Of a stretch of DNA of 64,000 bases, positions 17,959 to 27,024 are shown in pieces; position 1 is the stretch's first letter, and each line of letters begins with the position of its first letter. Origin of the DNA: Desulfuromonadales bacterium (GTDB taxonomy: Bacteria; Desulfobacterota; Desulfuromonadia; Desulfuromonadales; BM103); contig JAMONP010000032.1 in NCBI GenBank assembly GCA_027065695.1, positions 20,084 through 84,083 of the forward strand, written 5' to 3'. A program made the translations under genes and the position numbers. The notes beneath the pieces were generated by a model. The model made no database searches. It was not told the origin of the DNA and saw nothing but the letters and a program-made list of their open reading frames with translations.

Positions 17959-19797
17959 TCATATCAGACCATGCAACGCTCCACCAGCAGCCCCTAGAGT
18001 ATCGATTCGGCGCTCAACATCCTGATCATCTTCAAGAGGTGGGGCATGAAAACTCTTTTGTCTGGCATCAATCACCAAGCTGCCACGACAGCCCCAATGT
18101 TTAACCTGGGTGAAAGACTCAATCCCATCCATATCACTGGCAGGAGCCGACCTGGTAAAGGTCACCCAGAGTAAGTTCTGCAGGTTCCGCGCAGAAAACT
18201 CGGCATCATCAACAATTACAATCAATGGGAAATCATTGATTTCATCGTCCTGGGTGTAGGAACGGCAGAAGGCAATGAGATCTGTAGCCGGAACGCCACG
18301 CTCTCCCTGCCAGGTCTCACCCTGTAAAACAAGCACACCAGGGATGGCAACCTGAGGCATGGAGAACCCTGCCGGCAAGCGCAGTCCCCCGGGGCTTGCG
18401 GCTGGCAGAGTACGTCGCACCGGACCCGAGGCCGCGATAACAACCTTCGATCCAGCGTTCAAGGCTGATCCGGAATAATCAAGTGTGTCTATCGTGGTAC
18501 GTGTTTGGAAATGCAGGTCTCGTCGCCAATCGATCCGAGACAACAGAGATTTAAAGAACTCACCGATATCGTGAATATCCAGCTCCGGTTGATCAGCTTC
18601 GTTGACAATCAGCAAGTACTTGGCCAGCGACAACTGGCCTTGACCAAGCAGTGCATTGGCCTGGGTGAGCAGTTCTTGCGGTTCGTTATTTTCTATATAA
18701 GGGAGATAACGCTCACTGCCTATCGCCAGCAGGAGAGGGTGCACACCGGCAACATCAACAGCGTGAACAGCACGGACGCCAGGGATCAGATCCGGAATTG
18801 CCGCGCCTGTCATTTCATGAATAAGGGCACCGAAGGTTGTGTCCTCCTGGGGAGGGCGGCCGACAGTAGTAAAGGGCCAGATTGCGTTGGGGCGGTGGAA
18901 AACGTGGGTCACTTTCATAACCGGAAAATCATGAGCCAGACTGTAGTAGCCCAGGTGGTCGCCGAAAGGACCTTCCGGGCTGGTCTTCCCGGGAATAATA
19001 TGGCCACACAGACAGAAGTCCGCTTCAGCCGGGGCCAGCAGGCCATTAGGTGTCTTCACTACCGGCAGACGATGGCCGCCAAGCAGGCCGGCAAAGGCCA
19101 GCTCCGGCATGCCCTCTGGCAGCGGCATGACTGCAGCCAGAGCCAGACTCGGTGGACCGCCAACAAAAACATTAACTGGCAAGGGCTGACCCTTTGCCAG
19201 CGCCGCCGTATGATGCACGCCGATACCGCGGTGCAGCTGGTAGTGCATTCCAGCTTCATCAGACGCATATTCGCCACCAGAAATTTGCACACGGTACATG
19301 CCAAGATTGGATCCACGCCAACCAGCCTTATCTGGGGCCTCTGTATAAACTTGTGGAAGCGTAATGAACGCGCCGCCATCCTGAGGCCAGGAGATCAACT
19401 GCGGAAGCTGTGCAAGAGTCGTGGTGTTCTCCAGCAAAGGTCCTTTACTCACATTCTTCGGCAACAGGTGCCAGGCATGCCGGCCAAGACCGAGAGACGC
19501 ACCAATCTCACGAAACGCCAATCCCGGATCGACTTTCAGTTCAACCAGACGTTCAATGGCTGGCAAGGTGTCCTGAAACAGGTAACGGGCTCGTTCGAGA
19601 GTTCCGAACAGGTTGGCGAGCATCGGGAAATTGCAGCCTTTGACCCGGGTAAAGAGCAGAGCGGGGCCACCCGTTGCATAAACCCGGCGCTGAATTGCAC
19701 CGATTTCAAGTAATGGGTCAACTTCGACTTCGATGCGCTTTAACTGTGCTGTTCTTTCAAGGTCAGCGACAGTGTCATTTAGGTTGCGATAACCCAT
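17959..19797 (-). CDS. UbiD-family (prenyl-FMN dependent) decarboxylase
   Basis: 612 aa. UbiD hallmarks are present: GGPALLFTRVKG, GMYRVQ, SPEGPFGDHLGYY. Confidence 0.9.
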   Translation of the reverse strand: MGYRNLNDTVADLERTAQLKRIEVEVDPLLEIGAIQRRVYATGGPALLFTRVKGCNFPMLANLFGTLERARYLFQDTLPAIERLVELKVDPGLAFREIGASLGLGRHAWHLLPKNVSKGPLLENTTTLAQLPQLISWPQDGGAFITLPQVYTEAPDKAGWRGSNLGMYRVQISGGEYASDEAGMHYQLHRGIGVHHTAALAKGQPLPVNVFVGGPPSLALAAVMPLPEGMPELAFAGLLGGHRLPVVKTPNGLLAPAEADFCLCGHIIPGKTSPEGPFGDHLGYYSLAHDFPVMKVTHVFHRPNAIWPFTTVGRPPQEDTTFGALIHEMTGAAIPDLIPGVRAVHAVDVAGVHPLLLAIGSERYLPYIENNEPQELLTQANALLGQGQLSLAKYLLIVNEADQPELDIHDIGEFFKSLLSRIDWRRDLHFQTRTTIDTLDYSGSALNAGSKVVIAASGPVRRTLPAASPGGLRLPAGFSMPQVAIPGVLVLQGETWQGERGVPATDLIAFCRSYTQDDEINDFPLIVIVDDAEFSARNLQNLLWVTFTRSAPASDMDGIESFTQVKHWGCRGSLVIDARQKSFHAPPLEDDQDVERRIDTLGAAGGALHGLI

Positions 19798-19845
19798 GGT
19801 GAATAGATGATCTCAAACAAGGTTGGCAAAAAGAGGGGGAACCCT

Positions 19846-19885
19846 TGTACCCGCAAGCACATGTACCCAGAGACTCATTGTACCC
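19846..19885. promoter_or_regulatory. Three direct TGTACCC(AGA) repeats in a divergent promoter region
   Basis: TGTACCC at 19846, 19862 and 19879 (spacing 16 and 17 nt), between the ubiD-family start and the downstream membrane-protein gene. Confidence 0.3.
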
Positions 19886-19967
19886 AGACTTTCAGGGGAA
19901 GACAAAAGTTTTATGGAGATCACGGCACTCTGGCAAAAAGCGAGCAAATTTCGTATACTGACAAACT

Positions 19968-20339
19968 ATGAACAGTGAATGGCAGAATCTAATAAAAACC
20001 CCCTCCGAAACCGGTCTGAAAAGGCTGGTGATGGTCGTTTACGCCCTACAGGCGGCCAGCCTTTTTACCGGCACTCTGACTCTCTTCGCCGGCATTATCA
20101 TCAACTATGTTCGCAAAGAAGATGTTCAGGGAAGTTGGCTTGAAAGCCACTTCCGCTGGCAAATACAAACTTTCTGGTACACACTCCTCTGGATGGTGAT
20201 CGGTGCGATCACCACCATTTTTCTAATTGGCTGGGCCATTCTGCTGGCTGGCACAGTCTGGATGATCTACCGTTTCATCAAGGGCTGGCTTTACCTCAGT
20301 GAAAACCGACCCATGAACATCTCAACAAATAAACAATAA
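19968..20339 (+). CDS. Small conserved membrane protein (DUF4870/COG3671-like)
   Basis: 123 aa with three TM helices. The motif SHFRWQIQTFWY is typical of that family. The call comes from memory of the motif. Confidence 0.6.
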   Translation: MNSEWQNLIKTPSETGLKRLVMVVYALQAASLFTGTLTLFAGIIINYVRKEDVQGSWLESHFRWQIQTFWYTLLWMVIGAITTIFLIGWAILLAGTVWMIYRFIKGWLYLSENRPMNISTNKQ

Positions 20340-20357
20340 TAATCAAACAACCGCAAC

Positions 20358-20404
20358 CGTAGGGTTTGCAAACAGCCCCACCGTTTGCGAACGCGGAACC
20401 CAAC
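20358..20404 (+). repeat. 47-nt hairpin repeat (GTAGGGT, stem, AGCCCCACC loop, stem, ACGC), copy 1
   Basis: Identical over 47 nt to 30293..30339: CGTAGGGTTTGCAAACAGCCCCACCGTTTGCGAACGCGGAACCCAAC. Confidence 0.85.
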
Positions 20405-20585
20405 CAGAAAAAACCACCTCCCCCAAAAAAGACCTGTGGAAGATGCTGTCAAGTTAACTTATAGTTTATTCGTCAATAATGGCGACATAAAGGCTTTTCT
20501 CTGCTATAATTCGACAGAGATGACGATAAGAAAATATTTTTCATAATTACATATCTCGTCTTTTTTGTCGAATTAAATTACAATA

Positions 20586-20600
20586 ACGACTGTAAGTCGT
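20586..20600. promoter_or_regulatory. Perfect palindrome ACGACTGTAAGTCGT just upstream of the hipB RBS (candidate HipB operator)
   Basis: 6-3-6 palindrome ending 3 nt before AGGAGG (20604). More GACGA/TCGTC half-site-like words are scattered through 20468-20600. Confidence 0.3.
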
Positions 20601-20620
20601 CAAAGGAGGCGATATACATA

Positions 20621-20966
20621 ATGAAAAATATGATAAGTGACAAAGCCGTTCTGGAAGAAATCGGCCATCGCTTGAGCCGTTTTCGCATAGAGCGGGGGGG
20701 GCACTCAAGCCAAGCTGGCCATAGAGTCTGGAGTCTCAAAACGCACAGTCGAGCGGATAGAAGCTGGCGAGTCAACGCAGAGCTCAACCCTGATACGCGT
20801 CATGAGAGCTCTCGACATTCCTGATTCTCTTTATGCGGCAATTCCAAGCTCAGGGCCGCAGCCAATGGATCTGCTTAAATTGCATGGCAAGGAACGGCAA
20901 CGTGCCTCGACAAAGACTCAGAGAAGCCAGGTTGACGGCAAATGGCAATGGGAGGATGAAGAGTGA
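20621..20966 (+). pseudogene. hipB: HipB-like XRE-family HTH antitoxin, reading frame broken inside a G8 tract
   Basis: Frame A gives MKNMISDKAVLEEIGHRLSRFRIERGG up to the G8 tract at 20694-20701. From the tract onward the frame shifted by one nt gives TQAKLAIESGVSKRTVERIEAGESTQSSTLIRVMRALDIPDSL...WEDEE*. The TGA overlaps the hipA GTG (GTGA). With seven G the ORF is an uninterrupted 114 aa. Confidence 0.8.
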
Positions 20967-22295
20967 GTACTGTTGCTGAAGTTAAACTCTGGGGACGTAC
21001 TATAGGGGCGGTTGCCTTGGAAAACGGTGCGGAAGCAGTGACTTTTGAATACGCCTCAGACTTCGCTCGTAGTGGCATAGAAGTTGCTCCATTGACTATG
21101 CCCCTCGATCGCAAAGTGTACTCTTTCCCCGCCTTAGGGAAAGACGCCTTTCACGGCTTGCCTGGTTTGCTTGCTGATTCGCTACCTGACAAATTTGGCA
21201 ACGCTTTAATCAATGCCTGGCTGGCAACACAAGGTAGAAGCTCAGGTTCTTTTAACGCTGTTGAGCGATTGTGCTACACAGGTGCGTGTGGTATGGGGGC
21301 GTTGGAATACACTCCTGTGCTTGGTCCAAAAGCCAGAAAAGCCTGGCACATAGAAATTGATAAACTGGTTGATCTCGTGTCTGAGATGCTGATTCATCGT
21401 AATGACTTGCAGGTCTCTTTCGGCGGTGACGGGAACAGGAAGAATGCGTTAAGAGACATTTTGCGTGTCGGCACTTCGGCGGGAGGAGCACGGGCCAAAG
21501 CAGTTATTGCCTGGAACGCCTCAACCAATGAGGTCCGGTCAAGTTAATACAGACCCTGGCTTCGAGCACTGGCTACTCAAATTTGATGGCGTTGCTGGCA
21601 ACAAAGACAAGGAACTGGAAGACCCCAAAGGCTACGGTGTTACGGAGTACACATATTATAAAATGGCGATCGATGCAGGCATCAGCATGAGTGAATGCAG
21701 GTTGCTAGAGGAGAACGGTCGGAGACATTTTATGACCCGTCGTTTTGACAGACAGGAGGGCGGCGAAAAAATACATATGCAATCTCTCGGCGCTTTGGCT
21801 CACTTTGATTACAACGTGGGTGGAACCTACGCCTACGAACAGGCCCTTCTGGCAATTCGTCAGCTTGACCTGCCGATGACCTCTATCGAAGAGCAGTTTC
21901 GGCGGATGGCTTTTAATGTAATTGCTCGCAATCAGGACGATCACGTCAAAAAAATTGCATTTTTGATGGATAAGGCAGGCTCTTGGTCTCTTGCTCCGGC
22001 TTTTGACATAACATACAGTTTTCAGCCGACAGGAAAACATACATCGATGCATCAGATGACGCTGAATGGAAAGAGGGACCATTTTACCTTGGAGGATTTC
22101 CGGACTTGTGCCGAAGCAGTATCAATGAAGCGCGGCCGAGCTGAGACGATAATTGATGAAGTTCGCAATGTGGTGTCTCGCTGGCAGGAGTATGCGGAGG
22201 AGACAAAAGTTTCTGCCGACTCACGAGACAAAGTCGCTAAGACACTTCGCCTTGAAAGGTTCCCAAAAAACTGGCACCTAATTGGCGACCGCTAG
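20963..22295 (+). pseudogene. hipA: HipA-family serine/threonine kinase toxin, split by a frameshift near 21533-21545
   Basis: ORF 20963..21547 carries the HipA N-terminal and P-loop regions (LPGLLADSLPDKFGN, ERLCYTG, GTSAGGARAKAV) and ends ...NEVRSS*. The frame shifted by one nt continues SGQVNTDPGFEHWLLKFDG...NQDDHVKK...APAFDITYS to 22295. Confidence 0.85.
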
Positions 22296-22456
22296 TGTCC
22301 CGTGCGGTTAATCGTGACGTATAATTCTGAGACATTTTGGTTGCTGTCAAGGCGTGCTGATGAAGGCCTAGCGTGCGTTAAGCCAAAGAGGCGCAACGCA
22401 GACAGCGGGCAAAAGGGCCATAATTAAAGGATAGGATTAGCCGCACGGGACACTAG
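22292..22456. repeat. 22-bp inverted repeat pair enclosing 121 nt, starting at the hipA stop codon
   Basis: CTAGTGTCCCGTGCGGTTAATC (22292-22313) pairs with GATTAGCCGCACGGGACACTAG (22435-22456). The only non-Watson-Crick position would be a G-U pair in plus-strand RNA. Confidence 0.7.
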
Positions 22457-22630
22457 CAGCCTATCGGACATGTAAAACAGCTGGTCAGGAAAAGAAAAAC
22501 CGACAGACAGAAAAACTGTCTGGCCGGCTGTGATGGTTAAACGGGGTAATGTTAAGGATGAGTCAGCATCAAGAGAGAGCTTGCAGCGATGCTGAACTGT
22601 CGATGAGAGGACCAGGTTTTCGCCAGGCAT
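22424..22630 (-). CDS. Hypothetical 68-aa ORF downstream of dksA (doubtful)
   Basis: A strong RBS (GGAAGGAGAGGCT) precedes the ATG at 22630. However, the ORF contains a terminator-like hairpin (22488-22522) and its 3' end runs into the inverted repeat. Confidence 0.25.
   Translation of the reverse strand: MPGENLVLSSTVQHRCKLSLDADSSLTLPRLTITAGQTVFLSVGFSFPDQLFYMSDRLLVSRAANPIL
22488..22522 (-). terminator. Rho-independent terminator candidate for the dksA transcript
   Basis: On the minus strand: CAGACAG, loop TTTTT, CTGTCTG, then TCGGTTTTTCTTTT. Confidence 0.5.
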
Positions 22631-22668
22631 AGCCTCTCCTTCCGGCCGCCGGTGAAAACCGAATCAGA

Positions 22669-23025
22669 TCAACCGATTTTTTCCTGACGCTCCTGCTCGG
22701 TCTTGCACTCGATACACAAGGTGGTTACCGGCCGCGCCTTTAAGCGTGCTTCACCGATCATATCACCGCAATCCTCGCACTCACCGAATTCGCCGGTTTC
22801 AATGCGATCCAGAGCCTCGCGGATCTTGGAAATCAACTTGCGTTCACGATCACGGATGCGCAACTCGAAGTTGCGATCAGACTCCAGTGAAGCCCGGTCT
22901 GTCGGGTCAGGAAAGTTGGTCTTTTCATCAGTCATTTCGGACACCGTCTTACCGGCCTCGCGTAGCAACTGATCCATCTGTTCCTGAAGAAGTTGACGAA
23001 ACTCCTCCAATTTAGCTTTTTTCAT
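22669..23025 (-). CDS. dksA: DksA/TraR-family RNA polymerase-binding zinc-finger protein
   Basis: 118 aa with a coiled-coil region and the four-Cys zinc finger CEDCGDMIGEARLKARPVTTLCIECK. Confidence 0.92.
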   Translation of the reverse strand: MKKAKLEEFRQLLQEQMDQLLREAGKTVSEMTDEKTNFPDPTDRASLESDRNFELRIRDRERKLISKIREALDRIETGEFGECEDCGDMIGEARLKARPVTTLCIECKTEQERQEKIG

Positions 23026-23136
23026 AAAAAACTCCTCAGACTTGAACTGACATAAGTTAAATAAAATCTACCGACAAGTCAACTTAAACCTGAATCCTGA
23101 GTCCTTATACATTAATCCGAATGTATATCAGCCGGA

Positions 23137-23658
23137 TCAAGTTCTGAACTGGGCTATCAATACATAGATCATGGCGATCAGCGCAAACCACACGGTAAAG
23201 GTATCCGCTTGCCGGCGAGGTGGCAGCTTTGCCAATTGTTGTGTTTCTTCTGTGACTGTCCCTTCCGGGACTGCAGCAATCAGGCATTCCAGCAAGGCGG
23301 GAAAATCCCCATAAGAATTTGAAATAATCAAAAAGTCATCCGGGCCAGCCTCCAATGTCAGGAAAACCCGGTTACGCACTCGCACCGATTCCAAACCAGT
23401 CACATCGGCAAAACGCACCTGCCGTTGACGGAATAGTCTAAACGCCGTAACGCCATCCTGATCGATAACCACTCGACGAAAAGCACTTTCAGCAAAGAGC
23501 GCAGCAAGCGGTAGCAGAGAAATCGCCAGAATAATTACCTTGGCAAGCGGCTGACCTTGAAAAATGGTGACGGCAAGCAGAGAGATTGTCAAAACCAGCA
23601 AAAGGCCCATCGGCACGACAAAGGTCCGACGAATAACAAATGTACGTATCTGGTTCAC
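23137..23658 (-). CDS. Membrane protein, function unknown
   Basis: 173-aa ORF whose GTG start overlaps the moaC stop (GTGA). Two N-terminal and one C-terminal TM helices flank a soluble domain of about 90 aa. Confidence 0.6.
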   Translation of the reverse strand: MNQIRTFVIRRTFVVPMGLLLVLTISLLAVTIFQGQPLAKVIILAISLLPLAALFAESAFRRVVIDQDGVTAFRLFRQRQVRFADVTGLESVRVRNRVFLTLEAGPDDFLIISNSYGDFPALLECLIAAVPEGTVTEETQQLAKLPPRRQADTFTVWFALIAMIYVLIAQFRT

Positions 23659-24146
23659 TTATCTGTCCCCCGAGAGGCAATGAAGTGCCCACTACGACCG
23701 CCCATTTTTTCCACCAGATGAACATTGCCGAAGCTCATGGTTTTGTCCACAGCCTTGCACATGTCATAGATGGTCAGGGCAGCAACTGAGACCGCCGTCA
23801 AGGCCTCCATCTCCACTCCGGTCTGACCGTTGACCTTGACAGTCGCTTCGATCTCCACGCAGGCATTGTCAGAATCAGGTGAAAACTCTACAGTAATACT
23901 GTTGAGCAACAAGGGATGGCAGAGGGGGATCAGATCAGACGTCTTCTTGGCCGCCATAATCCCGGCCAAGCGAGCCACAGCGAAAACGTCACCTTTTTTC
24001 ACCCGGTTATCAAGAATGCGTGCAAGAGTCTCGGGCTGCATCTTCATATTGGCACGTGCCACGGCAACCCTGCGGGTGCTTTCCTTGCCGCCTACATCCA
24101 CCATGATCGCCTTGCCATCTGCATCGAAATGGGTCAAATCTGTCAT
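23655..24146 (-). CDS. moaC: Cyclic pyranopterin monophosphate synthase MoaC
   Basis: 163 aa. Conserved [36 protein letters not shown] and GVEMEALTA. Confidence 0.93.
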   Translation of the reverse strand: MTDLTHFDADGKAIMVDVGGKESTRRVAVARANMKMQPETLARILDNRVKKGDVFAVARLAGIMAAKKTSDLIPLCHPLLLNSITVEFSPDSDNACVEIEATVKVNGQTGVEMEALTAVSVAALTIYDMCKAVDKTMSFGNVHLVEKMGGRSGHFIASRGTDK

Positions 24147-24179
24147 CGTTTCTTCCTCGTTGCAGCGCCACGCGCCACC

Positions 24180-25538
24180 TCAGTTAAACAAGTATTCTAA
24201 CGCCTCGGCTGCGCTGCGCACACCAACAAACTTCATACCTTCAGGCTGATCAAGATTTTTCAGATTTCCCGCCGGCAGCAGGCAGCAATTAAAACCAAGC
24301 CGAGCCGCTTCATTCACCCGCATCTCCGGGCGAGATACGGCACGAACTTCACCAGTCAGGCCGACTTCACCGAAGAGTACGGTGCGTTCGTCGACCGGTC
24401 GATTAAGATGGCTGGAAGCCAACGCGGCAACCACACCGAGGTCCACAGCCGGTTCGGAGAGACGCACACCACCGGCGACATTAACAAAAATATCCTGGGC
24501 CAGCAGTGAATAGCCAACCTTCTTCTCCAGCACGGCGACCAGCAGTGAAATCCGGTTGGAATCAATGCCCATGGCGGTACGACGCGGATTGCCATGGGCG
24601 GTCCCGGAAACCAAAGCCTGGATTTCCACCAGAATCGGACGGGTGCCCTCAATAGACGGCACGACAACACTTCCGGCAGCATCCTCAGGTCGCTCGGCCA
24701 GAAACAGCTCCGAAGGGTTCGGCACTTCGCTCAAGCCGACGTCTTTCATCTCGAACACGCCGATTTCATTGGTCGAACCGAAGCGGTTCTTGACCGCGCG
24801 CAGAATCCGGTAAGGGTGTCCGGCATCGCCTTCAAAGTAAAGCACGGTGTCCACCATATGTTCCAGCATACGCGGCCCGGCGATCGAGCCATCTTTGGTG
24901 ACATGCCCAACGATAAAGGTCGGTATATCTTCTCCCTTGGCAAGATGCATGAGACGCCCGGCACACTCACGAACCTGGCTGACACTGCCCGGAGCCGATT
25001 CGAGGGCAGCGGTAAAAACCGTCTGGATCGAATCGATCACCAGAAAAGCTGGCTTTAATTCTTTGACCCGTTCGAGAATCCCCTCCAGTGAGGTTTCCGC
25101 CAGCAGATAAAGATCTTCCGCAACGACGTCAAGGCGTCCGGCGCGCAATTTGACCTGACGGGTCGATTCCTCTGCGGTGGCGTACAGCACCGGGCCGATC
25201 CTGGCCCAACTACCGGCAGCCTGCAGCAGCAGGGTCGACTTACCGATACCTGGATCGCCGCCAATCAGGGTAAAAGAACCGGGAACCACTCCACCACCGA
25301 GCACCCGATCAAATTCAGCAATACCACAATGCAAACGATCTTCGTCAGTGGCCGAAACCTCAGACAAGCGTACCGGGCTGCTCTCTGAACGCAGAGGAAC
25401 TGTTCGACCGCCCTTTTTCACCACGGTCACGGTCTCTTCGACCAGGGAATTCCATTGGTTGCAATCAGGGCATTTGCCAAGCCATTTGGGGCTTTGCAAG
25501 CCACACTGCTGGCAGCTATAGATAGTCTTTTGTTTCAA
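24180..25538 (-). CDS. radA: DNA repair protein RadA/Sms
   Basis: ORF 24180..25595. The likely start is the TTG at 25538 (KQKTIYSCQQCG). Zinc finger CQQCG...CPDC, Walker A GDPGIGKST, KNRFG, and a Lon-like C-terminal domain. Confidence 0.93.
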   Translation of the reverse strand: MKQKTIYSCQQCGLQSPKWLGKCPDCNQWNSLVEETVTVVKKGGRTVPLRSESSPVRLSEVSATDEDRLHCGIAEFDRVLGGGVVPGSFTLIGGDPGIGKSTLLLQAAGSWARIGPVLYATAEESTRQVKLRAGRLDVVAEDLYLLAETSLEGILERVKELKPAFLVIDSIQTVFTAALESAPGSVSQVRECAGRLMHLAKGEDIPTFIVGHVTKDGSIAGPRMLEHMVDTVLYFEGDAGHPYRILRAVKNRFGSTNEIGVFEMKDVGLSEVPNPSELFLAERPEDAAGSVVVPSIEGTRPILVEIQALVSGTAHGNPRRTAMGIDSNRISLLVAVLEKKVGYSLLAQDIFVNVAGGVRLSEPAVDLGVVAALASSHLNRPVDERTVLFGEVGLTGEVRAVSRPEMRVNEAARLGFNCCLLPAGNLKNLDQPEGMKFVGVRSAAEALEYLFN

Positions 25539-25734
25539 TGGAAACCTCAACCTTTGCAAAAAAGTTATCTTAGGCTTAGCTGATGAGAGTGTCAACGATA
25601 GTTGCCATTGGTTTCCATATCAAAAACAAAGTCCGCCTCCACACACAAAACCAGAACAAGACCATTCAAGCATAGACTTGCACTGTAATACCGAGACAGC
25701 CTACAATGGACTGTTAGCACTAAAAGGAGACGTT

Positions 25735-27009
25735 TTGAGTAAAATATCGTTGAAATACGGCTCAGTAACTTTAGCCATAGAGCTAAAAGCGCAAGTCCTC
25801 ACCAGTCCACCGCCACAAAACCTACCAGACCCAGCGGAGGAAATCCATCGAGCACTGGCTAACCCGATCGCCTCGCCACCGCTGGCAGAAATTGTCGCTC
25901 CCGGCGAACACGTTGTCATTATCACCTCGGATATCACCCGCTACACCGGCAGTGAAATTTATCTACCGATCCTGGTGGAGGAACTGAATCGCTGCGGCAT
26001 TCCCGACCACAACATTGAAATCATCATCGCCCTAGGTATCCACCGCAAACAATCGCGCGAAGAACAGCGTAAAATCCTCGGAGGCATCTACGGTCGAATC
26101 ACTGTCCATGATCACGAATGTGATGATCCGGAACAGCTGGTTGACCTCGGCCAGACATCATCAGGTCTGCCAGTTCAGATCAACCAGCGGGTCGTGGCCG
26201 CCGACCGGGTGATCGTCACAGGTACTATTGGTTTGCATTACTTTGCTGGCTACGGCGGTGGCCGCAAAAGTCTGGTTCCTGGCGTTGCCAGTCGCACCAC
26301 CTGTATGGCAACCCACTTCGCCATCTTTAACCCACCGGACCAGGGCGGTCGTAATGCAAAAGCCTGCACGGCAAATCTGCATGGCAACCCGGTGCATCAT
26401 GCAATCCTCGAAGCAGCGCAAATGATCAAGCCGGACTTTTTGCTGAACACCGTACTGACGACCGGCAAACAGATAGCCAAGGTTTTTTGCGGCGAACTGG
26501 AACAAGCACATCTAGCGGGTTGCGAACTGGCGCAGGCACTATATACTGCCCCTTTGGGGAAACCAGTAGACATGGCGATCGTTTCCTGCGGAGGGCATCC
26601 CAAAGACATCAACTTCATCCAGGCACATAAAGCTCTCGATTACGGAGCGCAAGCCGTTCATCCGGGTGGTACCGTAATCCTGTTGGCCGCCTGCCCGGAC
26701 GGTTTCGGCAATGCCACATTTTTCGACTGGTTCAACTACCAGGACCTGGCGATTTTTGAAAAAGCCCTGCGCAGCCGCTATGAAATCAATGGTCAAACGG
26801 CCTGGTCGACCCTGAGCAAGGCCCGTAGCTGGCGTGTTATCATGATCAGTGAACTCAATCGTGAACAGACCGAGAAAATGGGCATGGAAAAAGCCGACAA
26901 CCTTGACCAGGCCTTGCAGATGGCTTACAAACAGCTGCCGGAGAATCCAGAGATTGTGGTGATTCCGGATGGCGGCACTATTTTGCCGGTAATACAACAG
27001 CATAGATAA
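25735..27009 (+). CDS. larA: LarA-family (nickel-pincer dependent lactate racemase-like, DUF2088) protein
   Basis: ORF 25678..27009. The likely start is the TTG at 25735, after AAAGGAG. Family hallmarks: ITSDITR, GLHYFAGYGGGRKSL, HGNPVH, IQAHKA. Confidence 0.8.
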   Translation: MSKISLKYGSVTLAIELKAQVLTSPPPQNLPDPAEEIHRALANPIASPPLAEIVAPGEHVVIITSDITRYTGSEIYLPILVEELNRCGIPDHNIEIIIALGIHRKQSREEQRKILGGIYGRITVHDHECDDPEQLVDLGQTSSGLPVQINQRVVAADRVIVTGTIGLHYFAGYGGGRKSLVPGVASRTTCMATHFAIFNPPDQGGRNAKACTANLHGNPVHHAILEAAQMIKPDFLLNTVLTTGKQIAKVFCGELEQAHLAGCELAQALYTAPLGKPVDMAIVSCGGHPKDINFIQAHKALDYGAQAVHPGGTVILLAACPDGFGNATFFDWFNYQDLAIFEKALRSRYEINGQTAWSTLSKARSWRVIMISELNREQTEKMGMEKADNLDQALQMAYKQLPENPEIVVIPDGGTILPVIQQHR

Positions 27010-27024
27010 GTAAAGGCAAAGAAC

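Noticed and set aside
20963-22295. Reading the two HipA pieces plus HipB as a functional tripartite HipBST-like system.
   Set aside because: In HipBST the split removes only the small N-terminal subdomain. Here the break falls after the P-loop region, in the middle of a conserved block (EVRSGQ...GFEHW). The downstream piece also has no RBS of its own beyond an internal ATG, so a frameshift lesion is the simpler reading.
22292-22456. Interpreting the inverted repeat after hipA as an integron attC site.
   Set aside because: The ends lack the RYYYAAC and GTTRRRY core sites. No integrase or cassette array is present in the window.
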